Assembly: GCF_006345805.1 (NCBI RefSeq)
Contig: NW_021834310.1
Span: forward strand, 1 to 64,000
Reading direction: 5' to 3'
DNA from: Octopus sinensis
Taxonomy: Eukaryota
Length of the DNA: 64,000 bases
Position 1 is the first letter of the stretch, and each line of letters starts with the position of its first letter. The position numbers were made by a program, and so were the translations under genes. Below the pieces are notes generated by a model, which did not search any database, was not told the origin of the DNA, and saw only the letters and a program-made list of their open reading frames with translations. Shown one piece after another: positions 25,933 to 37,990 of this stretch.

Positions 25933-27039
25933 TTTTAAAGCTTTGAGTACAAAAATAAGGAAAGAGGCCGATTCATCATTTCCAAAGCTATCAATATGCA
26001 TTAGACTCACGAAAAAATCGGCATCAAAGTTGATGGCGAGAGAATACAGCCACAGAACATTAAGAGGGTGGGCAATGTCGTCTGACTTTGAGAATACTTT
26101 GTGGATAAGTAACATAATATCGCCCATTATATGATCGTCGTCTATGAAATGGGAGATCACAGTGACCCCCACGTCTTCCCCTCCACAACACAAATTGACG
26201 ACATTCCAGACAGAAGGACAGTCTAAAATGAAGAGACAAGCCTACAATCAATATCGACGTAATCGTATATTCTTACATCAAATATGAGCACATGTCGGAG
26301 TGCTGTTTTGTACATAGGAGTGAACTCTGAGTGGGGAACACTCACATTTCCTACCCTCAATGAGCATCAATGTCCGAGGAAGGATATCCAAAAGAGTATC
26401 AAAGGAGGGGATCAAGAACTTGATGGGAAGTGAGAACACTTCTATCAACTTATATTTTTTTATAATGAAATTTTTTAAACATCTATATTCTTTTTAAGAC
26501 AATCTTCGTCTCTTATGCCCAACTATCATAGTCGGTACATAGAGGTCCTTGTCCACTCGTATTCCTGATTCAGAAAAATCCTTCGGTTGACACTCAATCA
26601 CTGCTTGCTTGTTAAAGCTGGAGAGAAAATGAAAAAACGTAAGTGGAAATATCTCGCAGCAGGAATTGAAATTGGAGATACAGTGCTGCTGAAATACGAC
26701 AGGGATGATAACCCTTATAACCGTAAATACTCATTATATGTGACATGGGGAACTATGTCGCTATGGGCAGCCTGTCCTTTACGTGTTACTGTGGCAACCA
26801 CAGAAAAGGTATTAAATATCGACACGTAAAGGACAGGTTGCCCATAGTGGCCTGATTACCCATTCACCGTTTGTATAGCCCATTGGGTCGAAAAAACTAC
26901 TAAAAAAATATAAATATAATCTAAAAATATAATTAACTTGATTTTCTTCTTTTTTTATTAGTTTTTTATTTCTGCGTGCTACATAAATCATACATCATTC
27001 ATTTGCAGCCTTACATTATTAAAATAAATAAACATTTTT

Positions 27040-27600
27040 CAGGAAGATCTCCCTAGACAATAATGACATTGTCCTCTCATACGCAGACGACATCGTATTA
27101 GCCTTACGGAACCGGGACTTCCAGAAGGCCTCTGAAAGGATCAGTCCTCCGCATTTCTGTCGTCTCTGAAAGGCACCCGCACGCAGACAACCTCCTTCGT
27201 AAATGTGAGGAAAAAATGAAGCCTATCCGGTCTATGAAAAAACGGTTCGCACACGGTATTGGCCAATATTTACCGTCAATCCCTTGAACCGTCATTTCCT
27301 AAGGCTGGGGATAATGGGGTCCGCGGATATCGTGGTCCAACAGGAGGCGAATCGAAGAGGTCCAACAGAGGGCCCACAGATTAACCGATCGTTGGTCGCA
27401 GGATAACAAACGCTCCGGTCCGGCTCCTCTGGAAGACCTGATCAAGCTGAACCTCAGTCTGTTTGCAAATGCCCCGACAAATGCGGCCAGCTGCCGGTGC
27501 GATCTTGTGTGGACAGATTACCGAGAGAGGATAAGGTCCCTGGTTGAGTGGATCGGAATCACGTGAAGTTTGTTCGGTTTTTATCGTGGTCTTGGTGTTT
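27040..27600 (+). mobile_element. Degraded non-LTR RT fragment
   Basis: DIVLSYADDIVLA at ~27065-27100; remainder decayed. Confidence 0.45.
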
Positions 27601-28642
27601 ATAATAAAATAGATAAATTAAATCGTCAGAGATCGTCAGAGATTTCTCTTCTTCGCTAGTAAATATTAATATGTAATAAAATAACAATAATGTAATATGT
27701 ATTGAATATTTAAACTCAATTAAATTTTAATGTGTTTATTTAGTTTTAAAGTTGTGTTCTGGATGGCAGGAAATGTTTAAAGGAGGTTGAACAAGTTAAT
27801 ATAGTCAACAATCACGGGAGATGGTTTTCCTGAAAAAACCAGGTCGATTGGTTGCACACAAGTGGAGAACTCATGATGGATTAACATAGTACGGCTCAAA
27901 TCTTGAAACGAAGATTATGTACTCGAGTAATGATTTATAATTTTATAGTAGGGATTTCATATTTACATTGTGATGAATAGTAGACTGAGGTTGGAGGACG
28001 ACCTGAGTCGATATGTCTCAGAATCTCCTTATGCCTATTCTGTGATGTTCAACAAGTACAATAGGACTGATCTCTTCTTTGAGGATGCGGTCAAATTTGC
28101 AAAGGAGGCTTTTCGAATGCCATCAAAGTGATGTCTATTGTGTCACTCAGGACAACTTTGCTTTATTGTCAATTGGAAAAACAAAGCTGCACATAATTAT
28201 GAGGAAAAGTTAATCAAATCAGCGGCTCTCAAAATGATTCTAATTAATTTGATCCAGATGCACTCACCAAGCTTAAGGACGTAGCTATCCAACGATTCAA
28301 TTTTCCGAGGAATTTCGGAATTGTCTGGTGATATCCTGAAGCAATTAATTATTAGAATTAATAAGAATCAACTAACATTTCTAACGGCTGTCAGTTTGTT
28401 CGCATGTGAATATTATTGATGGTTTTTGGAGATGGATTGACACACTCGAGGAAGAATTTCTTTAACATTTTTTACAATTATATCAAGAAGAATAAAATCC
28501 AATTAGATAAAACTGGATGTACTAATGGTGCATCTTCGATCATCAATCTGATTAACAGATATCACTAAAATTGACATAGTTGGAGGGCTTCGGTTATAAC
28601 CACCAATCAAACAAATAAAAGAACATAATTGAAAGGTTAAAA

Positions 28643-29807
28643 TTAAAGATTTAAGTCAGGTTTAATCAATTTAGGAGAAAATAACCTCAACAAATCAGTC
28701 CCCCGCACTTCCGTCGTCTCTTGAACAACCAAAGTCACATGAAAATCAGAATACAACACATTAATCTGACAACAAACTAAAAAAACAACTTTATCCAGAT
28801 ATTCTCTCTGCAATTCAAGTCTACCACTGCATCGAGGACATTCCCTTCCAACCTTATTCCCCGTTGATGGAAGGAGTTGGTTGACCACAATATTCCGCAC
28901 ATCAATTTCCGAATCTATAATCGGCCCCTCAAAAAGTAAAAAAACCCATCAGAAATGTCACAAGTCGTTCAGTCTCAAAAACTGAAAGAAACTCCGCGAT
29001 ACAAACGCAAACAAACGTTGTTTTTAGAGCGTCGTGGAACTCTGCGTTTAAGCGACTTATCAGATCAGAATAGACGGAAAGTTTGTCAAAAAATGTTGCC
29101 AATGAACTGCTATCCACCCCCAAGATCCTCGAAAACTAAAATCACGACTATTTAAAATTACTTGCTGGAGGATTGGAGAGAGAACTCCTTTAAGTCTGAG
29201 CAATTTGCTGACATTATTCTCAAGGACTCCGGGGAGACTCAGAAATCTGATTGTGTGCCCTGTCGGAGCAGTATCGAACACCACGACAGAATAAGTCAGA
29301 TCGCTTACCAGCCTACTCTGTCACAAATATATATTACTTCATGGACTCGATATAGCCCATGATCTCGTCAATTCCAGGCAGGACAGCCATGATTTCCCTG
29401 AGAGTATCACTCCCCAGCACATTATCTTCTTCTACAAAACACAAATATTGATAAACCCCCAAAATATCCTTCTGGGACTTCAAAATTATTCATATTTGGA
29501 TCAATTTCCTAATAATTGAAACTAATATAAAAACCATTGCAAAAAGATTTTCAAATCCATTCACGGCAATAGGATGGCGGGAAAATTTCTGGTCAAATGC
29601 ATCGCTTAGGTTATGTGCTGGATCAGTAGAGACAAGTAGAACACTAGTCCTAACTTTGGAAAGTTCGATGGCCAGAGAACAGCTGTTTTATTGAATTACA
29701 AGTCTTTTCTGCAACCTCGCTGTAGTTTTCCCGACTCCCCCTTTTCCTCCTACAAAAATCCATCGAAGTGAAGTTTGTTTGATTATATTCTCAAGACCTG
29801 GTTCCAT
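28643..29807 (-). CDS. GET3: Tail-anchored protein insertion ATPase GET3/ASNA1 (TRC40), 8 exons, 324 aa, intact
   Basis: Spliced by hand: [35 protein letters not shown]...[12 protein letters not shown]...PGIDE...[10 protein letters not shown]...[14 protein letters not shown]...NIVVNQL...CPRC...EVRG. Introns (plus coordinates) 29683-29715, 29509-29534, 29432-29456, 29313-29337, 29136-29161, 28915-28945, 28766-28789, all GT-AG. 1165-190=975 nt, in frame. Confidence 0.95.
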
Positions 29808-30559
29808 CTTATGTCACACTAGAGAGTGGTTAACAAACTATGTTTTATTAATCTTTTAAATTACAAAATTATTAGTTTTACGAAAAAGATGAGTTTTTAT
29901 TGGTGGATAAATAGGACACAACTATTGCCAATTGTTAGGAAGATTTGTTTGACCATATACCGATGCTCGGATGACTCGCCAATAACTCTCTCAAAAACTG
30001 ATCCGATATGTCCGAACAGGCTCCGAGTGAATGCCCCTGTATTCCAGACGTCTCACTTTCAAATCCTCTAATGGAAAAATTCGTAAACTCTGGTCCTGGA
30101 GTGCAATCAGATCATATTTGTAGAATTTATTACTTAGAAATAATATGCTCTAAACTTTATCAATTCGATTACATTGAAAAGTATTTATTATAATCGAAGG
30201 TTCTTTCATGTTTTTTTGGATTCCACGCACGTGCTTGTGAGGCTTCGTAGGATTGATTTGTAAAAGTCATCGGTTTTTTGTCAGGTTTGTTATATTTTGA
30301 TTATTTTGTAGTTATTGGATGTGGTAGAGGAATATTTTTATGTCGAAATTGATTTATATTCAAAGAATGAGCTTTCCAGTAGTGAAGTTGCGGATTTTCA
30401 TTTGCGGGGGATTATTTCAGTGCAAAAACAAATCTTTAAAATGAATCCCGACCGATTGAAGCATTCTACGCTGGTTTCAGTGGCTTCTACGGACAACCGA
30501 AAGGCGATTGAGTCAATTTTGAGACAACTGGGGTAGAATTTGTTAATTTATCAAGATAT

Positions 30560-31480
30560 GAGAGCCTAAAGAACATTGCACGTGCGTCGAGAATCATAGG
30601 AGAATGACTCGTTTGTGACCTGTGAGGACATTTTGGTCGAAATAATGGTTGGTGACTTCATTTATGTGCTTAGTTGGTCAAATATGCCAGTCGGCCTCTG
30701 CAAATACAGAAATTGAAAAATCTTCCACTTTACCCTACAGAGAGGGTAATTTGGGAAGACAGTTTGCTCAGTCTGGAACAAGTGTCCGCGAAAGGTTGGG
30801 TTGTCCTATAAATTTACTGAGTTCCCAGTTCTTGTCATTTTTAGACTATTACACTCGTAAGTTCAAATTATTTCGAATGGAGTCTAAGTGTGAGGTCCAA
30901 TCCTTCATTGAGTTGGACATGCTGGGGAGACCGAGAGAAAGGTAGAATTGGTGTTAGTATATGTCAGTTGTACAAATGGAAGTATTCTGGACTCGGTAGT
31001 CTCCCCCATGTAATAGAAACAGATGAAATCAGGCGTGACAACTCCGGATTGTTGCATGAATGTCAGTTTGTGGAAGTAGACCCTCTCAATGAAGTGGGGA
31101 AAAAGAACCAACCCCACATTTTTACCAGATCTTGGTCGAGGCTGAGTATGTGGTGTGAGTATTGATGTACATGCGCTTGCTTGGGTATCCTGCCCGACAG
31201 ATCCACTTATAACGGACAAGTACAACTGATTAGGGACAGTGTGAGAGTTCGATGTTCTGAGAATCCTTATTTTGGGGCTTCTTCCTTTGCACTTGTTTGT
31301 TATTGATGTGCAGATTGTGACGGTTGATAGATTCTAGTGGCGATAGAATGATTATGTGTTGCTGTCACTTGTTTGGACTAAACACGTTGGGAATTTGAGG
31401 GATGTTTGACGCTTTGTGGTGGCACTTTCTCGAGCTCGGATTGGATTATATTTTTGGGAGAATGTCTCTTTTTATGCTTG
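30560..31480 (+). pseudogene. AQR: Aquarius (IBP160) spliceosomal SF1 helicase C-terminal region, pseudogenised
   Basis: ICQLYKWKYSGLGSLPHV; FYQILVEAEYVV; MYMRLLGYPA; YNGQVQLIRD; VDRF**NDYVLLSLV; LRDV*RFVVALSRARIGLY. In-frame stops at 31335, 31344, 31407 and frameshifts. Confidence 0.85.
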
Positions 31481-32361
31481 TCTCGACATTGGTCCTGTTG
31501 AGCAGGAAGTGTGTGTTTGTTTATTGGTAGTTGAGGCAAAGGTCTCAAAAGCTGATTTTACTGCCCAGTGAGGATTATCCTATATCGAAAGAGGTCAGTA
31601 ATGCGTGTTGATTGTCGATTAGGGACTCTAACTTGCGGTAACTGTCGTTGGGATGATGTAGAGCACATAACGCATTTGTTATAATATGATTGATGTGTAT
31701 TCTGATTGGAAGAAGGTCCAAGTTTGTTTTGTCACGAGAATTTGTAGGACGTGGGAGAAGATCAACATGTTGAGCAACAAAACAGCTCGTTCTTTTTTAA
31801 TCGATTTTCAGGAAATCCGTTCTCCATGTTTATCGACTATATTAACTTGTTCGACCTCTTCTACACACTTCCAATTATTTCAAACTCAGGATTCATAATC
31901 TTCGTCTCAAGATTTGAGTCTAACTAAGAATATCTAAAAATCAAATGCGAGATCTCCATGTGTGTAACCAATCAACCTAATTTTCTGAGGCTTTTGATGC
32001 TGAAGATGAAAACGCGGAAATTGTTATCACGCGAACTCGGATAATATTTTACCTGAAAATTGTGAATCTGTTTTGAAAAACATCACAAAACCAGGCGAGA
32101 AAATTAAAAACAAAAGAAAATGGAGGCACTATGAAGAAAATATAAATATCGGAGATTCTGTCATTATTAAACATGACCAAATTAAGGAAGCGTTAATCGG
32201 GATATCCCCGGAGGACATGAATGCCTGAAGCAAACGACGGTTGGCTAAAAAAGCTTCCAATTTTTGTCAAAAATGATAAGTATTAATCTTGTTTAATGTA
32301 AAGACTTTATTTTAAAAGGAAAATTGAAAAATTAGTAAATCCTTCGGACTGTCTAGCAGAG

Positions 32362-35152
32362 ATGGAGACCCATGCTCGTTCTCAACACTTGATGTCCCAC
32401 GGAGGCGTCGAAAAAATTGAATTTCTCTGTCGCCTGGAATTACTTTTCGTGAAAAGTGATGTCGTAAGAAAAGTCATATCAGAGTGCGTTGTCTGCAAAA
32501 TAATCAGATTGAGAATTCCGCTTTTAAATATTGGTATCGCAATGCCAGGACTGCAAATATTGCCAGTTTTTTGATAATAAAAAAATTAATAAAAAATCGA
32601 TAATGCGCGACATTTTCAATCAAAATAGACTGAAACTTTTGCATTCAAGTCTAATTCAGAACAACTACAGAAATGTCTCATTTTCCAGGAAACTTTGAAC
32701 CAAAATAAAAAGTAAATTTAGAGAGACACTTTAACACAAAACACTCAAATTTCTCAAAAAATATCCAATTGGTGATTCGCGAAAGAAAGCTGTAGAAGAA
32801 CTTGCAAATAATAATCAGATTGAGAATTCCGCTTTTAAATATTGGTAGCATAATGCCAGGACTGCAAATATTGCCAGTTTTTTGAAAGGGGAAAACCATT
32901 TACCGATGACGAATTTATAAAGGCAAGATTCATTAAAACCTCCGAAGAACTTTTTCACGATTTTTCAAATAAGGCATAAATCGTGAATAAGATAATGAAT
33001 ATACCTTTATCTGCGAAAAAGTAGCGGTTTCAAATAGATCTTATTGATCTGAAGAGGTTTGAAAACGTTAACGGAGAAGACAAATGGATTCTATCCGTTA
33101 TTGACGTCTATAGTCGGTTTTATGATTATAATTATCATAGCTTTGCTTTTGCTAGGCCACTAATTAATAATCAGGAGTCAAGGTTTCAAAAAATCTTGAT
33201 CCCTATTTTATCTGAATGGTCCCTGTCAGATTCTACAATCCGACAATGGGATAGAATTCAAAAATATTGACATTCTGGTTCTTTGCGAGTTCAAAATTCA
33301 ACAGATCACGGCAGTTTTGATCTTAAAATCAAACAAATTCAGGGAAGGCCCAACAATCCACGGACACAGGGGATTGTAGAGAAATTCAACCACCAAAATT
33401 TAAAAAGAAAGTTATCAAAAATGCTTGATAACAAAAATGTATATTAAGTTTCTTGTTGGAACGTCAAAGAATTCACAAAACATTTTTAATTGATTGTATT
33501 GCAATAAATACAGCTCCCAATTCCGCGATTATATTTCATATTATTATTATTAACTCCAAGATCACCGAGAAAGATAGGTCAGAACTAACTAATTAGGTGA
33601 TCTCTGCCTCCAACAACAGCCGTACTCTCCTTACATGATCTTCTGATGACCCGACCGTAACCCGGATACTCCTTCTCTTCCTTCTGCAGAAGAACTCAAT
33701 TGGAGTGCATTTCTTTATAACCGACCGAAATTCCTTTGCATGGGCCACCTTTTCCTTGAATGGGTTTCCCAATTCCTTGCAGAAACGTAGGAAACCCTGT
33801 CCATTCTTCTGCGTCGCCTCCTCGGAAGCAAGGCTGCCAAATGAGGTGTCAGTGTGGAGCATAATCTTCCTTCTGAGTGAGTTCAAACGTGTGCTCTAGA
33901 GGCCAAAAGGATGCCAATAGGGGTATGAGCAAAGATGATTTAAATGCAATCATGAAGAAAATACAGGACTGCAACCAAAGTGAGAAGCAGAAGACGCAAA
34001 TGCTGGACTCACTTAAAAACCAAGTCGGAAGCGTAAATTTACAAGGCCTAACCGACTATATGATAATTCAGTTACTCCAAAGTATTCAAACTTATATCTA
34101 CAAATCAAATCTAACGAGAAATCAAACAAAAACACACAAAATTAAAGTTAATGCATATTTTTAGACAAACAATTAGTGTTTTGATAGCCTCGATAGCCTT
34201 TGAATGATCCAACCCCTTCTCGGCCACACTATAAATACCCCCAACCAAATAATACGGAGCATTGGTCTTCCCATTAACCACAAACAGAGGATTTGGTTTT
34301 TCCAGCACTTGGGAATTCACAGAGAGCCCGTCGAGGTACTGTTTCAGAATACTCCGCAAGTACTGATTCTTATTCGACAGTCTTCTCTGTCTATCTTCAA
34401 TGGATAAAACGTCTAAAGGAACCGAGTTGAATCTCTTTCAAATTTGTTCTTGCTCTTGGTCATCGAGGATATTCTGAATATTTTTTGGAGTTTTTTGTAC
34501 TTTGAAAGGGTCCAACTGTTCGGAATAGGTTGTCGGGGTTCGACTGAGTTCTTCGTCTGTGGATTCAACTAGTGCCTTCAAATGGGTCTTTTGGAAGCTA
34601 TAAAGACTTCTATCAAGAAATCGTTTAAAAATATAACATGGCGAAGCATGAAACGACCAAGAGGACACCTTTCGAAATTTTTATGCGAGGAAATAATTTA
34701 ATCCCGGAGGAAATAAGATCGGCGTTATTATCATTCGATGGAAATGAAGCGGTTGAATCAAGTCAATCGGAGATAATTGGATCCGATTATTTCGATCTGA
34801 ATGACGAATCATCCAAACATGTACACAAAAGTCGTATAAAAAATATGACTCTTATAAAAAAATTTTATATAATAAAAATTCATGAATTTTTAATATTTGT
34901 TTTTAAATGGTAGACCTAAAAAATTGTAGAATTATACTAAAATACGTTATTGATTCGGAAAAATTGGTGATGCCGGTTTTTGCCGACTCTTGGAAAAATT
35001 CATTCAATCAAAAAATTGATAAAAAATTAAATAAATCGACTTAATTCCATTTTCAAGTTATTTTTAATTAATTATCAGGTTATTTTCGTTTGATTTTAAT
35101 AAAATTTTCAAGGGGCTATTATCCAACCCAAGGCATTATCCAGCCTGTGACA
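32362..35152 (+). mobile_element. Ginger2/KRBA2-like integrase transposon, fragmented and interrupted
   Basis: HHCC region H..SHGG...CVVC (32362-32500); core DLIDL...WILSVIDVYSRF, LQSDNG.EFKN, GRPNNPRTQGIVEKFN (33040-33400); YNMAKHETTKRTPFEIF (34630-34685); terminus ...AGCCTGTGACA at 35152. A matching TGTCACAGGCT end occurs at 63835. Confidence 0.7.
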
Positions 35153-35449
35153 ATTTCAAACACAATTAACGAATAAACGTTTATAAATAATTATAGATAA
35201 AATATCGCAGTACTGTGTTATTTTATCATTGACGAAATATTTTTTTAGTCCAATATAGTGAACAAAAATAAAAACTGAAAAAGGATTTTCTCATGAATTT
35301 ACTATGAAAAAAATAATAAAAATAACTACTATTGATTTAAAACATTAAATAAAGTATTGTTTATTTTTTAGTTTGTCTAAAAAATATTATATTTATACGG
35401 TTTTCCATTCATTGATAATTCAGAACCCAAAAAATGAACAAATTTATTT

Positions 35450-36400
35450 AATATCTATTATGTCCTCCATTATCTCTAATTACATCTAGTATTCAGCCTG
35501 GCATGCTATTAATAAAACTTTTTGCGTATTTTATTTTGAGTTAATTCCAAATGGATGATATTTTTGCAAATAAATGTTCCTTTTTCAAAAATTCTGTTCC
35601 TTTGATTTTTTCTTTAATAAAGGCCCAAACATTCTCTATAGGGTTTAAATCTGGGCTTTGTATTGGCCATAGTAGAATTCGATATTATTTACTTCAAAAA
35701 AGCTCTTTGCTTTTGCCGAAGTATGTTTCGGTTCATTGTCTTGTTGTTAACTAGGATCTTTATGTTTGATTTAGTTCAGAAATGAGATCATATTATTCGT
35801 TAATATGTTAACATACAAAGCTCCACCCATCTTCTCTTTTATCAAAACCAAATTAATGAATCCAATATTGATTATGGCATGATAGTTCATGATAGTTCCT
35901 CTACCGAATTTTACTATTTTTGTAAGATTGTTTGTTAAATATTTTTCCTTGCAATTTCTCCATACTAAAGTTCTCACATCACTACTGTACATATTAAATT
36001 TACTTTGATCACTTAAAATAACTCGCTCACGAAATATTTTGAGAGCATATTGCATGTTTGGCATAGCTTTAATCATTGAAATTTAGGGTTATGCATTCAG
36101 ACCAATTTTTTCGTGGTATTTCTTATTGTTTGAGCTGTTACTGATTTCCCTTTTTTTCTGTAAATGTTTTAGAAAATTTAAAACAGTTGAAATTGACATC
36201 CACTTTTCAAGCCTCTTTAATTTAAAATATTTTTGAGGATTGAGCAACGAATGGTCAACCAGACCCGACTTTTTTATCTGTCATGCACGTATTTAAATAG
36301 CTTTTGATAATTTGCAATATCGTTCCAAGCATACTATTTCGTGATATCTTGTTTTTCCAGATTTATACATGCCAATTATTCTGCCTTTTTTTCAGATGTT
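35450..36400 (-). mobile_element. Tc1 transposase pseudogene
   Basis: VILSDQSKFN...VWR...VKFGRGTIM; QQDNEPKHT; WPIQSPDLNPIENVW; TIRs not resolved. Confidence 0.85.
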
Positions 36401-36629
36401 CAATGATTGGCTATGTAGAGAGGTTACAAATGAACGAATTTTAAAAAATAAAACCTTTTTTGATATATTTAAGTAATTTGATTTGTTCAGTTTTTTTGGT
36501 TTTGAATTTTCGAAATTATAAAAAAGGGCATAAATATATATTTATTAAAAAAACTAAAAAAATGTAAAGCGTATGCAGATCAAAAGATACTCAAATCAGA
36601 TAGTACGTATAAAGTCACTGTAAACACGA

Positions 36630-37922
36630 ATGAGAAGTTTCGCAGATTTTATGAAAGACTCTATTAGCAAGAATGATAACGAACAAATAGAGAAAACTCA
36701 TGGCTCAAGGGACGGAGACGACCCGAAGCCTCGCACCATCCCTTTGGGGGAGTTCTTAAAACCAAAGGATGAAGATTGGGAAAACCCTAATTATCAGAAG
36801 GTCTATATGAGCGGTGGACCGATTCTGTTGAATATGAATGTCAAGATAAAGGTTGGTACCTTTGCAAGAGAATACAGACCATTCACAATTGAGTTGAAAT
36901 ACAAGTACACAAAGAACGATAGAGCAATCATAAATACCCTTGGTAGAATGACGGAGTTTAATCAAGACTTAGTTACTTCTAGTCTTGCTATATTCTTAAT
37001 GAATTACACCTTCGATGCACCTGCTCACTTTGGAGATGTTGTAATCACTGAAGAGTACCAGGATATAACTGGTTATTCGCTGGTTGGAAATGGGTTTAAA
37101 GTAAGAACGGCGGAAATGGCAATGAATTTCGGTGAAACGGACACCGAAAGAGGGAGAGCGACCATTGACGAATGGAGGATTGCTTTGATGAGGGCTCTTT
37201 CTCCAGTAAGGTTTGCTCACGCTGCTGAGAGAAACCCCGACGCGATCGAACCTCTAACTGAGAGGTACCACTCGGTGATGAGAAATCTTGACCCAACATA
37301 TCAACCAGAAAGAACATTCGTTCTCAAGATGTACCAAAAATACCTGCTTGACAGGGGACTTTATAAACTGTGTTGCCTCTTGGACAAGATGTTTTACACC
37401 TGTCCAGAGGACCCGATGTCCGCATTGCGTTTCTGCACTATCCCGTTTTACAACACGGGGAACGCTCTTCTGCCAAGGGTAGTCTCATTGTGTGCGGCCT
37501 TTCCAAGAGAACTTGAAAGGGTCGTCATGGTTGAGTCACTATTCGCCCCTGCATATGTAAATGAAGTCAGTCGATTTATAGGCCATTGCTTCGAGGTCCT
37601 TAAAACCGACCATTTGTGTATATATCATAAAGGGCTGGGATTAGTTAAGGCTTCGGCCTTTAGCTCTATGTCTTTGCCTGGCTACTTTATGTATACGAGT
37701 GCGACTGCAGCCATGATCAAACATCCCAAGTTTATGTTTTCACGATCGATTACTCCGAATCCTCAAGCGATGGTTAACGGCTTGCTCTTTTCCATTATGC
37801 ATGAAACATATAGAACAACAGGGGAGACTCCGGCGCTCACTGCACAGGAGTACGCAATGGAAAAGGCGATAAAGCAGATCTTCCCAAAAATGTTCCGTCT
37901 GGAAACCCAAGAAAAAGATTAA
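36630..37922 (+). CDS. N: Rhabdovirus-like nucleoprotein (endogenous viral element), 430 aa, intact and intronless
   Basis: LDKMF(251-255)..LRFCTI(266-271)..GLGLVKASAFSS(335-346)..P350..R372..GLLF correspond to vesiculovirus N VDMFF..FRYGTI..FGLSSKSPYSS..P295..R317..GLLY with a near-constant +53 to +55 offset (VSV sequence from memory). Size matches rhabdoviral N. Confidence 0.85.
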   Translation: MRSFADFMKDSISKNDNEQIEKTHGSRDGDDPKPRTIPLGEFLKPKDEDWENPNYQKVYMSGGPILLNMNVKIKVGTFAREYRPFTIELKYKYTKNDRAIINTLGRMTEFNQDLVTSSLAIFLMNYTFDAPAHFGDVVITEEYQDITGYSLVGNGFKVRTAEMAMNFGETDTERGRATIDEWRIALMRALSPVRFAHAAERNPDAIEPLTERYHSVMRNLDPTYQPERTFVLKMYQKYLLDRGLYKLCCLLDKMFYTCPEDPMSALRFCTIPFYNTGNALLPRVVSLCAAFPRELERVVMVESLFAPAYVNEVSRFIGHCFEVLKTDHLCIYHKGLGLVKASAFSSMSLPGYFMYTSATAAMIKHPKFMFSRSITPNPQAMVNGLLFSIMHETYRTTGETPALTAQEYAMEKAIKQIFPKMFRLETQEKD

Positions 37923-37990
37923 CTGACGCACAATATGAGATCTATTGTCAAATAATCCAAACTGACGAGTACTAAAAGGTCGAGCAAGAC

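Noticed and set aside
30649-31225. Viral polymerase (L) fragments in the ORFs here
   Set aside because: No L motifs (GDN, KERE, GHP); the plus strand is explained by AQR and the minus ORF is its antisense
31335-31409. Stop-codon reassignment (TAG read as Gln) suggested by TAG at two Gln positions of AQR
   Set aside because: The same region has TGA at an Arg position and frameshifts, ETS copy A has TAG at a Trp position, and GET3 and N translate cleanly in the standard code; pseudogene decay explains it
32500-32884. ~75-bp direct repeat (32500-32573, 32811-32884), and a 26-bp one at 54672/54733, as LTRs or att sites
   Set aside because: Too short, without TG...CA ends or PBS; local duplications in decayed transposon DNA
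36544-36562. TATT-A7-CT-A7 upstream of N, resembling the vesiculovirus TATG-A7-CT-AACAG junction
   Set aside because: No AACAG start, not repeated after N or ORF2, and A-runs are everywhere in this AT-rich flank
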